The position numbers and the translations under genes are program-made. Source: Lama glama (lineage: Eukaryota). From it: a DNA stretch of 64,000 nucleotides. A model generated the notes under the pieces. The model made no database searches. It was not told where the DNA came from and worked only from the letters and a program-made list of their open reading frames with translations. Below are positions 1 through 13,820 of the stretch, piece by piece. Every line of letters begins with the position of its first letter. Position 1 is the stretch's first letter. The stretch is from assembly GCA_028534125.1 (NCBI GenBank), contig CM052816.1, positions 31,808,001-31,872,000 of the forward strand. The letters run 5' to 3'.

Positions 1-342
1 CCAGTTCAGCATGAAGCTAATTCCTAATAGTGGTGAGGAAATGGAAATTGTCTGCTACACCCACACCCAGCCAGTAACTGCCACTCGGCATGTCCAGTGG
101 GCCTGACTGAACTTCTGGACCACCAGACAGGTGATTCCCAGGAGCATAAGGTCACATAGGATGTCTTTTTGGTACCTAGGGCCACTATGATTTTCCTGCT
201 TTTCATGAAGTCAAAGCAGGTGACTTGTGACAAACTTTGCAAACAGCAACTCCACAGCTCATGGCAAATCACACAGCATTATCATTAATTCCTATCTTAC
301 AAAACAGGGCCTCGCCTTCATCTTTCCTGATTTCTTCTTTGC

Positions 343-462
343 TCTATCTATCTATCTACCTATCTACCTACCTACCTACCTATCTATAATTCATCCATCC
401 ATCCACCCACTCACCCATCTACCTACCTATACATCTACCTATCTTCCTGTTTACCTATCTTC
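343..462. repeat. Compound tetranucleotide microsatellite (TATC/TACC/CATC)n
   Basis: Directly visible tctatctatctacctatctacctacctacc...catccatccatcc. Confidence 0.9.
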
Positions 463-467
463 CTTTC

Positions 468-888
468 TGTATTAACTTGCCAGGGATGCTCTAACAAAAT
501 ACCACAAACTAAGTGGCTTAGAACAACAGAAATATATTTTCTCACCATTCCAGAGGCTAGAAGTATGAAATCTCTGAGGGCTGTGAAAGGGAATCTGGCC
601 ATGTCTCTCCCCCAGCTTCAGGTGGTTGGGTGACAATCTTTGGCATCTCTGCCTACGGATGCATCACTTTGATCTCTGATTTTATCTTCACATGACACTC
701 TCCTTGTATGTGTCTGTCTCTGTGTCCAAATTTTTCCTTTTCATAAGGACATTGGTTTAGGGCCCATGCTACTGAGCTAAACTTGATCATCTGTGAAGGC
801 CCTATTTCCAAATAAGGTCACATCCACAGGTACTAGGGGTTAAGACTTCAGCATCTTTTTTTGAGGGGACACAGTTCAATTCATGACA
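468..888 (-). mobile_element. MaLR LTR, MLT1C/MLT1B-like
   Basis: Characteristic 'taacaaaataccacaaact..gtggcttagaacaacagaaat', 'ccctatttccaaataaggtcacat' and 'gggacacagttcaa'; TG...CA ends. Confidence 0.85.
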
Positions 889-1959
889 CTCTCTGTCTAT
901 ACAACGCATGCTTCACCAACTTTTCTTATAGAGTCACATATTAACAAGTTTAAGAGAAACCATAGCCTCTTGGCTCCACTCATTCCCATATTCAAGAGGC
1001 AAATGAAGTCAGCAATAACAGTGAATGTTACCATAATATAGAGTTTAGGGAAATTATTTGGAAATTTACATTAGCAATAGGATTGTGGGTGATTTATGTC
1101 TGAATTACATGATATTCATATTTAACTATCTAGTTTTTAACAAGTTATTGCATTAACCAATAAATCCACAAAAATTTTAAGTGATGTACAAAGATAAACT
1201 TACAATCATTTACAACTAAAAAACCAGAACAACAGTGATGGGAAAAAGGGAACCATTCAAGACAACACTGGTGACTGATAGGTGCCTTCGTTTTAAAAAG
1301 AGTCCCTCCTGAAAAACAAAAGAAATTCAACTATTTGCATTTGCATATGTGCAATAGGAAATTTGCAATTGTGCTAAACATTATAGGATCCAATTTTCTT
1401 AAAGAATACTGAAATAGTATTCCAAGTCAACTTGAGGAACATCAGATCCAGTTTTTGCAGACACCAAGGTGGCCATCCATATCAGAGTCACATGATAAAT
1501 AGCACCCTATGGAAATATGCATGGACCATATTATGATGCCATATAGAATAGCCTTGAGAAACATGCCAATTTAAGTTATTAAAAAGATTAATACTCAGTA
1601 ATAAAACTTAGTTTCTAATGACTAGCTCCTAATTGGTTTTTAAAATGAAAGCCTATGGAATTGATAGTTTACTTGAAAGAAAGAAATACCTGCTTATTTA
1701 AATTAGTTCACAGCCACTGTACTGTGGACCACTGACTGAGCCCACTATTTAATCTGTGAGATTAGACCCTCTTCTTCCCACGAATGGCTACCCTCTTCAA
1801 CCATGTGACTACTGCAGGAACAGCCAATTCATACAATATAACACAGATCATAACTCCTGGCCACCTGTGATAGGTCCAGGTCTGTGTATTTGAACCAAGT
1901 TGGACCAGTGAGTCATTTCCAGAAGATATAAGGGAAATAAAATGGAAGAAAACATAAAA

Positions 1960-2190
1960 ATTGCGACATTTATTGCATGCTTAGTCCATTTCAGTAACTG
2001 TTCTAAGCATTTTCTATGTAGTACCTCATTTAATCCTGTATTGTAGGAACTATTAATACCCTCATTTTATATACAAGAAAGCTAAGGGGAAGAGAGGTTA
2101 AATGACTTGCCCAAAGTTAAACAGCTAGCAAATGGCAAGGCCAGAATGTAAACTAGAGACTTTTGTTCAATAAGCAATTCCTTTGTCGAC
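1960..2190 (-). mobile_element. MIR SINE
   Basis: Reverse MIR core 'agagaggttaaatgacttgcccaaagtta.acagctagcaaatggc'. Confidence 0.85.
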
Positions 2191-2444
2191 TGTGCTGTAC
2201 TACTTCTTTGCTTTTGAGAGAGAGAGAGAGAAGAGAGAGAGCTCTCCAATGACTGATGCCCTTCAGGTAGCAAGGAAGCAGATAAGAAAGAGAAAATAAT
2301 AATGCAGAAAGCAAAAAGATAAAGTTGATGACATTCAAGTTCGTTTCCAATATTTGGCAGACAAAAAATTTCTGTCCTAGGATTCCAAGAGATTCTCCAG
2401 TTTTTGTATGATATAACTTGCAGTCAAACACATCTAACTAACTA

Positions 2445-2532
2445 TTATATATATATATATATATAAAATTATATATGTGTGTGTGTATATATATATACAC
2501 ATATATATACACACACACATATATATATATAT
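2445..2532. repeat. (TA)n/(TG)n/(CA)n compound microsatellite
   Basis: Directly visible. Confidence 0.95.
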
Positions 2533-2929
2533 TACACTTAAGGAACTGTTCCTTGAAAAGCAGCTAAAGGAGCATGATAACAAAATTCCACCTACATGCA
2601 TGACCAAGGGCCTCAAAATAAGGGAAAACCCTCAAACTGAAGAGGAAAGCTAAAAAACTGAAATTCAGTAGAAGCTGAAATGACAAACGGGAGCTGAAGC
2701 TTTGTTGATACTAGGAAATACAGAATGAATGGTCTAGTCATAGAAGAACTAGCATATTAACAGCCATAAATAGATGAGCTTTGGCCTGGGCCAAGTCAGG
2801 GTGGTGGAACAGACTCCACCCAAAGCTGGAATCCTCAAAGGGACCCACCCTTGGGAAAAACTGGATTAGAAGAGATCATTTTAACCATTAAAACAAAAGG
2901 ACACACACATTTGTTGAAGTAACATACAG

Positions 2930-3520
2930 AACTTTAGGAAATGAGCTCCATAATGCACAGGTAGAACAGCTTATTTGAAATCTGAAGAGAATCGTTAGGA
3001 GTAAGGTAGATGTGAAGAAAATATAAAGAGATGTGAATTATCAAAGTGGGGTTAAAGGGAATGGAAGAGAGAATGAGAAGAAGGTTCAACAAGCAATTTT
3101 AAGAGATTGGGAGGAGGGAATGGAGGAAATGGGTGACAGACAATATTGAAAAAGATAATAGTAACAATAGAAAAAGATAATAATAACAATTGATAAAAAA
3201 GGAAACCTTAGTTTCAAGAACCCCAATGAGTCCCAAGTAGAATAAAACAACTAAATCATCAGCCCTTGTGGTGAAACTACAAGAAACCAAGGACAAAAAG
3301 TGAAAAGGCCAGAGTAAAACGATTAGTAATTGATAAAGGGATACTAATTATTAGACTGGAACAGACTTCTTAATAGGAACAACAGAAGAAGACAACTGAA
3401 TGACATCTTCCAAGTGCTAAGAAAAAGAGGCATCATTCCAAACTTCTAAATCCAGCCAAACTGTTGTTAAAAATAAGAGGATAACATGAAGACATTTTCG
3501 TACAAACAAAACTGAAGCAG
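2930..3520 (+). mobile_element. Ancient L1/HAL1 ORF1-region fragment
   Basis: A-rich, with ORF1-like 'acagacttct..ataggaacaa', 'gaatgacatcttccaagtgctaagaaaa', 'atccagccaaactg', 'gaagacattttc'. Confidence 0.65.
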
Positions 3521-4827
3521 GAAAGCTCTCCGTGCTCTTCTTTACTGACAATACAATAAAGCCATATTTCATAGCTTACTGAAATCAATAGCACGCTATG
3601 CCTTAAACCTGTAGCCTAAAAAGAAAAGGTGTCTATGATTCTCTTCAACCATGCACAGTATCCTCATCTATTAGAAGTCAAGAAGGCACCAGAAAATGCC
3701 TTTTGATGACAAAATGATGATTCCTACACTGAGCAATGTCTCTGGTTGGAAATCATCCCTCTGTGGGGCTTTGTCCAAAATGGACAGGCCCTTAGATGCT
3801 GAGTCAGGAAGTCCTAACCCTACCACTAACTGGCTGTGTGGCTTTGGACAATTTACTCTGGTTCCTTGTGTATAAAAGGAGGCACATGAGCTAGCTCATT
3901 TTTACAACTCTAGTCTCCATTTCTCTGCACTTCCCTCCACATCATTCTGACTGCTGTGAGTGGGCACCCACCTGAGGGCCCCACGTAGTTATTTCACAGA
4001 ATGCAATCAAGACAGTCTCACCCTTTCACTGCAAAGACCTCAAACTTAAAATCTCAGTCCAACAAATATAGTCAGGCCAGATAAGACTTAGATTACCTTT
4101 CCATAAGAAAAAGTCCTAAAAGTTCCAAACTCCAAGTTAATTCTCTCCTCCCCTTCTACTCCCTACACATACCAAAAAAGTCATGACTCTTCTGAGTTTT
4201 GCCACAGAGTTAGCTAACGAGCCTCACCAAGACTCCTGTGAATCTAGAATTTCTCTCCTCTTGACACCAGCCCAACAGTCTCAGCTCTTTCTTCCAAAGG
4301 CCTCAGCACTTTCCTTGTGATTTAAGTCACCACTCTCCTACTTCCAACAGAGAGTGAAAAGATGATTTATCATTTTGCCTTTAATGACCACAAGAAATAT
4401 TGAATTCTTCTGGCCCAGAAGAACATTTCCCACAGGGGATTAATTACAAGTTTATGTATTATTCAGGCAATGCTAGAAATTTAGCTTTGGGTTAGTATTA
4501 CACCATTAGTCTTCATTCACTCTTCTTGGTCTTGCCCCCTCACTTCCAAATGATGGCCCTTCCGGGCCTGTTGCTTCTTTAATTACACTTCAGTTACAAT
4601 CAGCGTCTCCCCTAGAGAGCCCGACTTTCTGGCAGAATACCCACGACTTCTCCAACAAAAGGTCTTGACCCTACACTGAGCTCCTTGCTGACAAGCGTTA
4701 GGGATGTAAACAGGCTAGTTTATCACCCTCAGAAATCCAGTAGAAGTGATCTCACACAGGAGAGGATCATCAGGTTAATACAAAGATAATTCTCTTCTCA
4801 CTGTGCAGACGTGAGCGAGTATGCATG

Positions 4828-4872
4828 CACACACACACACACATTCATATATATATATATATATATATATAT
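4828..4872. repeat. (CA)n(TA)n microsatellite
   Basis: Directly visible. Confidence 0.95.
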
Positions 4873-5444
4873 TCTATGTACATACTTGCTCAAAAATTAA
4901 AATAGGCAGACAATTTTTCACTCAGTGCTCAAAGATGTTACTTATTGGCTTTATCAAAAAGCCTAGGATTTGAATAAGAGTAGTTAACACTGGTCAAGTG
5001 TGCCCTGTGGGAGGTAATCTGCCTGCATGCCTGTGCCCTCCAGCACAGCTCCCTGCACTGCTTCATCGCCTTCCCTCTGCGCTCTGGACACTTCATCATC
5101 CGTGTGCTCTGAGGTCTTTGGAGGTGAGTCTTTTTCATCTTCCTACATAAGTCAAGGTGTGACGAACAAACTCCCCATCTCCTTGCTCTCTTTCAGAAGA
5201 GTCCTCAAATTGAAAGAAATCAATTTGAAAGTGATGCCACTCCTCACAGGACACACAGAGGTCAACTCCAAAGCCATTATGATTTCTGCTTTGTTTTGTT
5301 TTGTTTTGTGTGATGCTAGCCCTTCAGCAGGACAGAAAAGAGCCAAATACTCCTCAGCACAACCATGGGAATCTACTGTTCCCAACATGGGAAGCCAGAA
5401 ACACACTCACAAAAGAAGTATTCTTTCCTTTTTTTAGGGTTTTT

Positions 5445-6800
5445 TTTTTCTTTTTTGAGGTATGTTTTATATATTGTAAAGTATACATTCTTACCTGCAT
5501 AGTTAGATAAATGTTTCCTTATGTATGCAAACTATGCAACCACCACCCAGATCAAGATGCAGGACATTTCCATCACTCCAGAAAATTTCCTTGTGCCTCT
5601 TCCCGGTGCAATACCCACCTCAAGGACAACCACTACTCTGGCTTTTATCATCATCATCAGTTATATTTGCTTGTCTTTAACTTCACATATGTGCAATCGC
5701 ACAGTATATACACGTTTGTGCTTGGTTTGACTTGTCCAGCAGAATGTTTGCGGACTTAGCCATGCTTCTGTGTGTATCAGTCGTTTCTTTCTGTGGCTGT
5801 GCAGTAGTCCATTTCATGAATATGCTACACTTTGCTTCTGCATTCTTCCGTTGCTGGACATTGGTACTCCTTCCAGTTTGGGGCTATTGTGACTAAAGCC
5901 GAAAACAATGATCTTTCATATGCCTTTTGATGGACACAGGCACTCATTCCTCTTGGAAATACACCTAGAAGTAGAATTGCTGGATCACAAGATTGGAGCG
6001 TGTTTATCTTTCATAGATACCAACACACAGTTTTCCAAAGTGAGTAGACCAATTTCCACTTCTGTCAGCAGGTCCAGCTGCTCTACTAACTTGCCAACAT
6101 TTTTAATACTTTAATTACAGCCATTCCATGCAGTTCTCTGATTGTGGCTTTAATTTGAGTTATAAGTCTTATCCTTTTTAATCTATATATGTTTAATTCC
6201 TTTTTTATGGAGGTACTGGGGATTGAACCCAGGACCTCATGCATACTAAACATGCATTCTACCACTGAAATATATCCTCCCCATTTAATTCTTTTATATA
6301 CTGGATACGCGTCCTTTGTCAGGCATATATATATATACATATATATACATATTATGAAAATCTTCCCTCAATATGGCTTTTCCATTCACTTTCTTAATTA
6401 TGTCTTTTGATGAACAGAAGTTCTTAATTTTAATGAAGTCCAATTTATCTGTTAACTCTTTTCTTTTGTGGCTTAATGCCTTTTGGGTCTTATTTAAGCC
6501 ATCTTGCCTACTCTATGGTCATTTTCCTTTGTTACATTCTAAAGGTTTTATTGTTTTACCATTCATATTCAGACTTATAATCTACCTTGAATCAATTTTT
6601 ATGTATGGTATAAGGTCAAGTTCAAGATTCATTTTTTCCCCCAAATAGATACTACCTTCTCCAGCACTATTCACTGAAAACTGATATTTTGTCCCCTGAA
6701 CTGCAGTGGCCCTTTTATCAAACCAAGTAACCATATATGAACACATCAATTTCTGGGCTGTATGTGTTCCACTGCTCTATTTGTCCCGCCTTGCACCAAA
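5445..6800 (-). mobile_element. Old L1M (L1MD/L1ME-like) 3' end and ORF2 tail, interrupted by a SINE
   Basis: 'accaccacccagatcaagat..aggacatttccatcactccagaaaa', 'ttttgatgaacagaagttcttaattttaatgaagtccaatttatc'. Confidence 0.85.
6201..6282 (-). mobile_element. Camelid tRNA-derived SINE (Vic-1-like)
   Basis: Reverse complement ggggaggatatatttcagtggtagaatgcatgtttagtatgcatgaggtcctgggttcaatccccagtacctccataaaaaa with pol III A/B boxes; flanked by imperfect repeat tttaattc (probable TSD). Confidence 0.9.
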
Positions 6801-6894
6801 ATGTTATTTCTCCAAGGCGAGATCAGCTTGTGTGTCTCAGATGAATATAAACCTACCTTTGCACATCAGACCCCCACTGACTTTCTTGTGCAGG

Positions 6895-7109
6895 ATATTA
6901 ACTGTTGTTTCACCTCCAAAGCTCCCCTTCTCTACTCAGCTGTGTGATGCTGGGCACATCTGGACAGCTCTCCTGTCCCAGAGGCTCCCTGTTAGGTCCT
7001 GCCAGTAGAGGTCACTAGAGGGAGACTGTGGAGCTGGAGGAGGGACAAAGAACTTTCTCCTTCCTGTTGGCCCAACATTCCTATTAGTGTTGCCCAGCCA
7101 TGATACTTC

Positions 7110-7177
<68 letters not shown>

Positions 7178-7405
7178 TGGTTTTAGTAACAAGTGGTTCC
7201 ACTTTTGGCCTTGTTGCCATACTCCCAGAGCCGGCCTCAGTGCACTCCCTCAGAGATACCAACACCAGCTAGGCAGCCTCCCCATGTCAAATTCTGGGTC
7301 CTAGATCTGCAGGGCCCCAACTGACCCAACTGCCAACCTTCAGGGTCCTGTCAACCTCACCCTCTTCCATTTCCCCTACCCTAGAGTGACAGCAGCTCTG
7401 TGCAG
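6895..7405. mobile_element. ERVL LTR, LTR33-like, containing a CAG tract
   Basis: 'ctgtgtgatgctggg...ctgccagtagaggtcactagagggagactg' resembles LTR33-family consensus (from memory). Confidence 0.55.
7111..7176 (+). repeat. Pure (CAG)22 trinucleotide repeat
   Basis: 22 uninterrupted CAG units counted. Confidence 0.98.
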
Positions 7406-7409
7406 TTCT

Positions 7410-8341
7410 CTTTTTTGTTTTGTTTTGTTTTCATGTTTTTTCATTATAGCTTACTACAATATACTGAATATAGTTCCCTAAGCTATGCAGTATAAACTTA
7501 TTGTTTATCAATTTTATATATAGTAGTTAGTATCTGCAAATCTTGAACTTCCAATTTTTTGCACCTCCTTCCCCATCTGGTAACCATAAGTTTGATTTCT
7601 ATGTCTGGGAGTCTGTTTCTGTTTCGTAAATAAGTTCATTTGTGTCTTTTTTTTTTTCAGATTCCACATATAAGTGATATCATATGGTATTTTTCTTTCT
7701 CTTTCTAGCTGACTTCACTTAGAATGACGATCTCCAGCTCCATCTATGTTGCTACAAATAGCATTTTATTCTTTTTATGGCTGAGTAGTATTCCATATTT
7801 CATTGTCTACATATACCACAACTTCCTTATCCAGTCATCTGTCGATGGACATTTGGGTTGCTTCCACATCTTGGCTATCGTAAATGATGATGCTATGAAC
7901 ATTGGGGTGCATGTATCTTTTCAAATTTGAGCCTTCTCCAGATATATGCCCAGGAGTGGGACTGCTGGATCATACGTTAAGTCTATTTTTAGTCTTTTAA
8001 GGACTCTCCATACTGTTTTCCACGACAGCTGCACCACATTACATTCCCACCAGTAGTGTATGAGGATTCCCTTTTCTCCACACTGTCTCCAGCATTTACC
8101 CTTTGTGGACTTTTCAATGATGGTCATTCTGACTGGTGTGAGGTGATACCTCATTGTAGTTTTCATTTGCATTTCTCTGATAATTAGCGATATTGAGCAT
8201 TTTCTTATGTGTCCATAGGCCCATGAAACTGGCCATTTGTATGTCTAAAGTGGAGAATTTCTTGTTTAGGTCTTCCACCCATTTTTGGATTGGCTGGGGT
8301 TTTTTGTTGTTGTGTTGTTGTTGTTGTTGTTGTTGTTGTTG
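7410..8341 (-). mobile_element. Camelid-type L1, 5'-truncated (ORF2 C-terminus plus 3' UTR); (TTG)n at 8305-8341
   Basis: ORF 7921..8172 MQMKTTMRYHLTPVRM...KCWRQCGEKG..HYWWEC...[11 protein letters not shown] is the L1 ORF2 Cys-rich C-terminus. Confidence 0.95.
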
Positions 8342-8832
8342 TGTAGTTCTCATCTGAATTAGTTCCTATCTCCTATCACCCATCCATTACTGCCTTCCAG
8401 TCTAATACCAATTCCCCATATTTCTTTTTTCTGTTAAAGTGCTTGGTGTCCTGCTGTTTGCCTAACTGGACCCTGACTAATACACTCACAAACAGAGGGG
8501 GTGAAGTCAAATTGAATAGAATGGGAGAACATCCTCATGCTCCCTCCTGGAATTGAAGCCCATGACCTCTGGATCCTGCATCACCACCCAGAAATGAACA
8601 CCCATGCTCAACCTATCCTCTCCAGTTAAAGGCAGCACCAGAAAACCTCAAGACATAAAGGTTCTTTGGAAAAGGGTGGAAATTCCTCAGGGATACTGAA
8701 GTTGCTTAACTGAGAAATGTGTGTTACAGGAGAGGGTCCTATGCAAGACAAGTGAGGTAAGTGATAGAAAAAACATGGAACGGACACCAAGCATATGAAA
8801 GCCAGAAGCCTGAAAATATGCTCCCTTGTGTA

Positions 8833-9225
8833 ATACCATATGATATCACTCATATGCGGGATCTAAAAAAATAAACAAGAAGATGCTAATGAACTCATCT
8901 ACAAAACAGAAAGACTCACAGACATACTGAACAATCTTATGGTTACCAGGGGGAAGTGGGGGGAGGGATGAATTTGGGGGTTTGAGATTTATAAATATTA
9001 ACCACTACATATAAAAATAGATAAAAAACAAATTTCCTCTGTATAGCACAGGGAACTACGTTCGGTATCTTATAATAACCTTTAATGAAAAAGAATATGA
9101 AAATGAATATATGTATGTATATGTATGACTGGAACATTGTGCTGTACACCAGAGACTGACAAATTGCAACTGACTATACTTCAATAGGGAAAAAAATTAA
9201 ATAAAAATAAAAAAATTTTAAAAAT
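8833..9225 (+). mobile_element. L1 3' UTR fragment (camelid/artiodactyl type) with A-rich tail
   Basis: 'acaaaacagaaagactcacagacat', 'ctgtatagcacagggaacta', 'gactatacttcaat' followed by A tail. Confidence 0.9.
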
Positions 9226-9899
9226 ACTTAGACCAATTAATAATTCAACTGTTGTCCTTCCTACCATGCAATGCCCCTTTGGGTGTGTCTAACCCCTCAG
9301 TAAAGTACTTCATATACATACACTCTGGTCTGGCAGAGACCCATGTAATGGTAGGACTGGAGAAGAGATGGGCCTACTCTGCCCCATTTTCTTTCTTCTG
9401 CACAACCTTATCAGTGACTAATACATATCCTCTTGGCTTCCTTTTAACAAAGCTGAGAAGAATGAATAATTGAAACAATAAATTATTTTTAAGTGAATAT
9501 GATGGAAAAGGGAAATTAAAAGGTGATGTTAAAAAGTATTACTGTGACATTTTCAAATTACCTAGGAATCAATTACCTGCATGTTTAGAATTTTACTGAT
9601 TATGAAAAATAGTCAAGACTTCACATGAGTTGCTGCTTAGAAAAGCTGCTGTGGTAACTACTGCATATGTATTTTTTCAATATATGTCTGCTATGTACCC
9701 AGAACTCAGAATATGAAAAGGGATCAAAATAATGAGAGAACAGAAGATACAAAATATAGGTATGCATTTATATGTACATTTTTTTCCAGACAAGGGCAAT
9801 GGAACAGATGAGGTGGAAGCATTTTCAGAAGAAAATGATCCTGAGAAGAAGAAAGTCTTGAGTCTGCAGATCGAGATGACTAAATTAGTGGAAAGCAAC

Positions 9900-12450
9900 T
9901 CCTAGACCACAAATAAATAAACTAATAAAGCCATTAGAAATAAAAAGAACATTCAGAAAGGTGCCTAGTTACATATATAACCTACAAAACTCAGTTATTT
10001 TCTTGTATAAGAAAAGTAGCTTATTAGAAAACAGACTTTTTTTTAAATTCCAGATTTCTGATTTAGATGCTCCCCCCCAATTATACATAAACACACACAC
10101 AAATTTCACTTAAATGGCAATGAATTCATACTAATAATGATAGATCATGCCAATAGTGAAAGTAAAAACTGTTTTCATCAGAAATGTTGATGGCTTTCAG
10201 GATGATTAAAAACAGAATAGATCATAATGACAGATAAACCAAAGAAGAGAAAACCAAAGTGCAAAATAAGCACATTTATAAGGCTTCAAGAGAAGTAGGG
10301 GTTATACCTACCAGGAAATCCCTAGACTCAGAATCAGCAGGAACAGAAGCCAGATGGGCTGTGGGGCAGCATTGAAGCTAATTAAGCAAAGCACTGCCTT
10401 TGACAGCTGGGTCAGGCAGCCCATCCTCTGCCCTGTGGAAAGAGAACAGCTGTCTGCAGCACCTGCCCTCAGCCAGAATGCTGACAACTACTTTCTAAAT
10501 CTAAACAAAGGGAAAGGAGTGCTTGGCTGGTCTATTTCTAGTTAGATCTGATTCAGCTCTTCCCAGGAGTGAAACATACGTCGCACCTGTAAAGTCATCT
10601 TCACTTGGCAATCCTAGGGGGGCCTTCCACACACACCACCCAGAAGTCCACCTAGGAAACAGCACCTACTTGCTACCACAAAACCTAATCCATTAACTCA
10701 AATGAGGGATCCATGTTTGGGTTGAACATATAAACATCCATTACCTATCCGAATCAGCATAAAAATAAATGTAAAACTGAAAATAACCAGTCATTTAAAG
10801 AAAAACAGTAGCCTGGGAGAGATGCAACCAACTAAACAAAACTACTGAAGAAAAATTTTACTAAAGCCCTTAAAAGAAGACCTGAATAAATGAAGAGAGA
10901 AACCATGCTAATGGGAGGGAAGGGAATACTGCAAACCTTTAAATTCTCCCCCAAATAATATATAAAACCAGTGCACTCCAAATAAAAACCCAACACAAAA
11001 AATGGATTTCAAAATTCACAGAAGAGAAAATGTACAAGAATATCCTTGTCAATTTTGGAAAAGAACAAAAGAGAAACCCCACCAAATATCAAAATTTACT
11101 ATGAAGATTTGGTAACTAAAACAGTATGGATTTGAAATGGTTAAATAAATGGAAGAGAATAGGTATTTGGGAATTTAGTTTATGGTAAAGGTAACATTTT
11201 AAGTAGAAAGAAAAAGACAAAGTATTAAATAAATGCTATGGAAAAGAACATTTGAGGGAAAAATTAAGCTCTTTTTATATAACAACTTGTAACAAATTCC
11301 AGAAGGATCAAAGATTTAAATGTAAATAATAAAAACAGAAAAGTACTAGAAGAAAATGACTAAATATTTTAATCATCTCAGGGTATGAACAGTTTTTCCT
11401 AGCATTGCAGGAAAGTAATTAAAGACTAATACCAATCTGACCACATAAAAATTAAAATTATTTATGCAAAAATAAATTTGATAAGAATAAAAGGCAACAA
11501 TCTGAGGAAAAAAATCAACAAATGAGAGTATTAATACTCACATAAGTATTCCTACAAGTCAAAAATAAACGATTAATAATCCAATATGAAAAGGTACAAA
11601 GGACACAACAGATATACTACAAGAAAAGATACAAAAGTTTAATCAACATACAAATTAAGCAAAGAAATGCAAATTAAAGCAGTAAGATGAACTAAAATTG
11701 GGAAAATTAATCATCTATTTCAGAGACAGTATAAGGAAAAAAAACACTAATACTTGGCCAATGAGAGTGTTTACTGAGATAACTTCTTTTGATGGTATCT
11801 GGGAGTATTAAACTGAAAATCGTGTATATAATTCCAGCACTAGAATTTATCCCCTAAAAATATTTACAAAAGAGTGAAAGAATATTAATTTAAAAATATT
11901 TGTAATAGTGGAAATTAAAAGCAAACTAAAGATTCATCAGTAGGTTATTCATTAATTGTAGTACATTTATAAATAAAGTTCTATGCAGCTATTTTAAAAA
12001 GAGTAGAGTGGTCCTACCTCAGTGGTTCTCAACTAGGGGCAATTTTACCCCTCCATCCAAGGACTGTTTATCTAGAGACATTTTTGGTTGTTACAACTGG
12101 GGAGGGGATGCACTACAGACACCTAGTGGGTAGAAGCTAGGGATGCTAATAACACCCTATAATCACAGGATAGTCTTCTACAGCACAGAATTATCAAGCT
12201 CCAAAAGTCAATAGTGCCAAATTTAAGAAATCGTGCTTTACATGGACTATCAAAGAAAGATTCCCGTGATATATTGGTAGGGAGGGATGCAAAAGCAAAG
12301 TTGCAGAACAGCATGATGTATACTATAATACCACTATTTGTAAGTAGTTTGTAATACCAAAGGTAATAATAATTAATGTACTGAGTATTAAGTTCAAAAG
12401 AAAGTCTCATAGAATATTTAACCCAACTGGCAAAAGTAATAAATTCCATT
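9900..12450 (+). mobile_element. Fragmented ancient L1ME ORF2/3' end (best supported 10860-12450), interrupted by MER20
   Basis: 'aaagaagacctgaataaatgaagagag', 'ccaaatatcaaaatttactatgaag..taactaaaacagtatgg', 'aagaaatgcaaattaaagc', 'aaagcaaagttgcagaacagcat'. Confidence 0.75.
12020..12235 (+). mobile_element. MER20 hAT-Charlie DNA transposon
   Basis: Begins cagtggttctcaac; 'gagacatttttggttgttacaactgggg', 'ctagtgggtaga.gc.agggatgct', 'aaaagtcaatagtgcc'. Confidence 0.92.
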
Positions 12451-12862
12451 TCTAAGCCTAGCCTACTACATGACTCTTAAATTCCCACTTCTTTGGCTCT
12501 GGCCAGATGCAGAGGGTAAATAAGAAAATTGTCACTGAATTGAATTATTTCCTAGAAAAACAGAAATTACCAAAATTGCCTCAAAAAGGTATATCAATAA
12601 TACAGAAATATTAAAAGGATGTTCTAAAATTGTCTCTACAAAGAGACACTAAACTCAATTTTATAGGTAAGCTCTTTATTTCTTCTAATAGATAATGCTG
12701 TTGCCAATAAATTATTCCAGAACACAGAAAACGTGAAAAACTCTCCAGTGAATAATACAAAAGTATCAAATTCCTGATAAAAAATCTGACGAGTACGAAA
12801 AAGAAAATTACATTTGACTCTCTTATAAATAATGGATTCAATCATTTAAAATAAAGTTGGCA

Positions 12863-13323
12863 TTTATTGCAGCATTACTTAAAATAGCCAACACATGAAA
12901 ACGACTTAAGCATTCATCAATAAATGAATGGATAAAGAAAATAGAGCATATATACACAATGGAATATTATGCAGTCATGAGAAAGAAATGGAAACTCTGC
13001 CATTTGCAACAACATGGATGGACCTTGAGGGAATTATGCTAAGTGAAATGTCAAATACAAATTCCTTATGATCTCATTTATATGGGGAATCTAAAAACAA
13101 ACAAACGAAAGCCAAAATGGGACTCACAGACACAGAGATTGGTGGTTGCCAGAGATGAGGTTGGGATGTGGGCAAAATGGATGAAAGGAGTCAAAAGGTA
13201 TAAATTTCCAGTTATAAAATAAGTGAAGTCCTGAGGATGTAACGTACAGCATGGTGACCAGAGCTAATAATACTGCTTTGTATATTCCAAAGTTGATAAA
13301 AGAGTAGATCTTTAAGGTTCTCA

Positions 13324-13368
<45 letters not shown>

Positions 13369-13500
13369 TATAACTATGTGTGGTGATGGATATTAACTAG
13401 ACTTATTGTGGTCATCATTTTGCAGTATCTATATCAAATCATTATGTTGCTGTACATCTGAAATTCATATATTGTATGTCAATTATATCTCAATAAAAAT
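12863..13500 (+). mobile_element. L1MA9-like 3' end with target-site duplication; (CA)n at 13326-13363
   Basis: L1MA9-type 3' UTR; TSD aaaataaagttggca (12848-12862) / aaaatgaagttggca (13501-13515); inserted in an older L1 ORF2 fragment (~12500-14340). Confidence 0.9.
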
Positions 13501-13659
13501 AAAATGAAGTTGGCATACTTATAATTCAATAATTCAAAAAAATTCATTAAGTCCAAATAAAAACATACCAAGTCAAATCTAGGATATTTTTTAAAATATG
13601 GCCAAATCAATTTATTGCAAGAATATCAAAGTGTTGAATATGATAAGGTGTATTTTGGG

Positions 13660-13820
13660 GTTTTTTTTAATGAGTTATAATTAACATACAAAATTATATT
13701 AGTTACATATATACAACACAGGGATTTTTATACATTATGAAGTGGTCACCACAATAAGACCAGTTACCATCCATAAGCATACAAAGTTGTTACAATACTA
13801 TTAACTATATTTCCTGTGTG
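13660..13820 (-). mobile_element. Short L1MA9-type 3' terminal fragment
   Basis: 'tataattaacatacaaaattatattagtt','tcaccacaataag..cagttaccatc'. Confidence 0.7.

Noticed and set aside
5027..5437. Overlapping 136-aa and 84-aa ORFs in unique sequence
   Set aside because: No recognisable homology, spans a (GTTTT)n repeat, splice signals weak
6201..6282. tRNA-like sequence
   Set aside because: Has A/B boxes but also an A tail, TSD-like flanks and a decayed cloverleaf; it is a SINE, not a tRNA gene
7087..7272. PolyQ ORF (and polyC/polyA ORFs on the minus strand)
   Set aside because: Produced by the CAG microsatellite inside an LTR remnant; no exon context or protein similarity I can recognise
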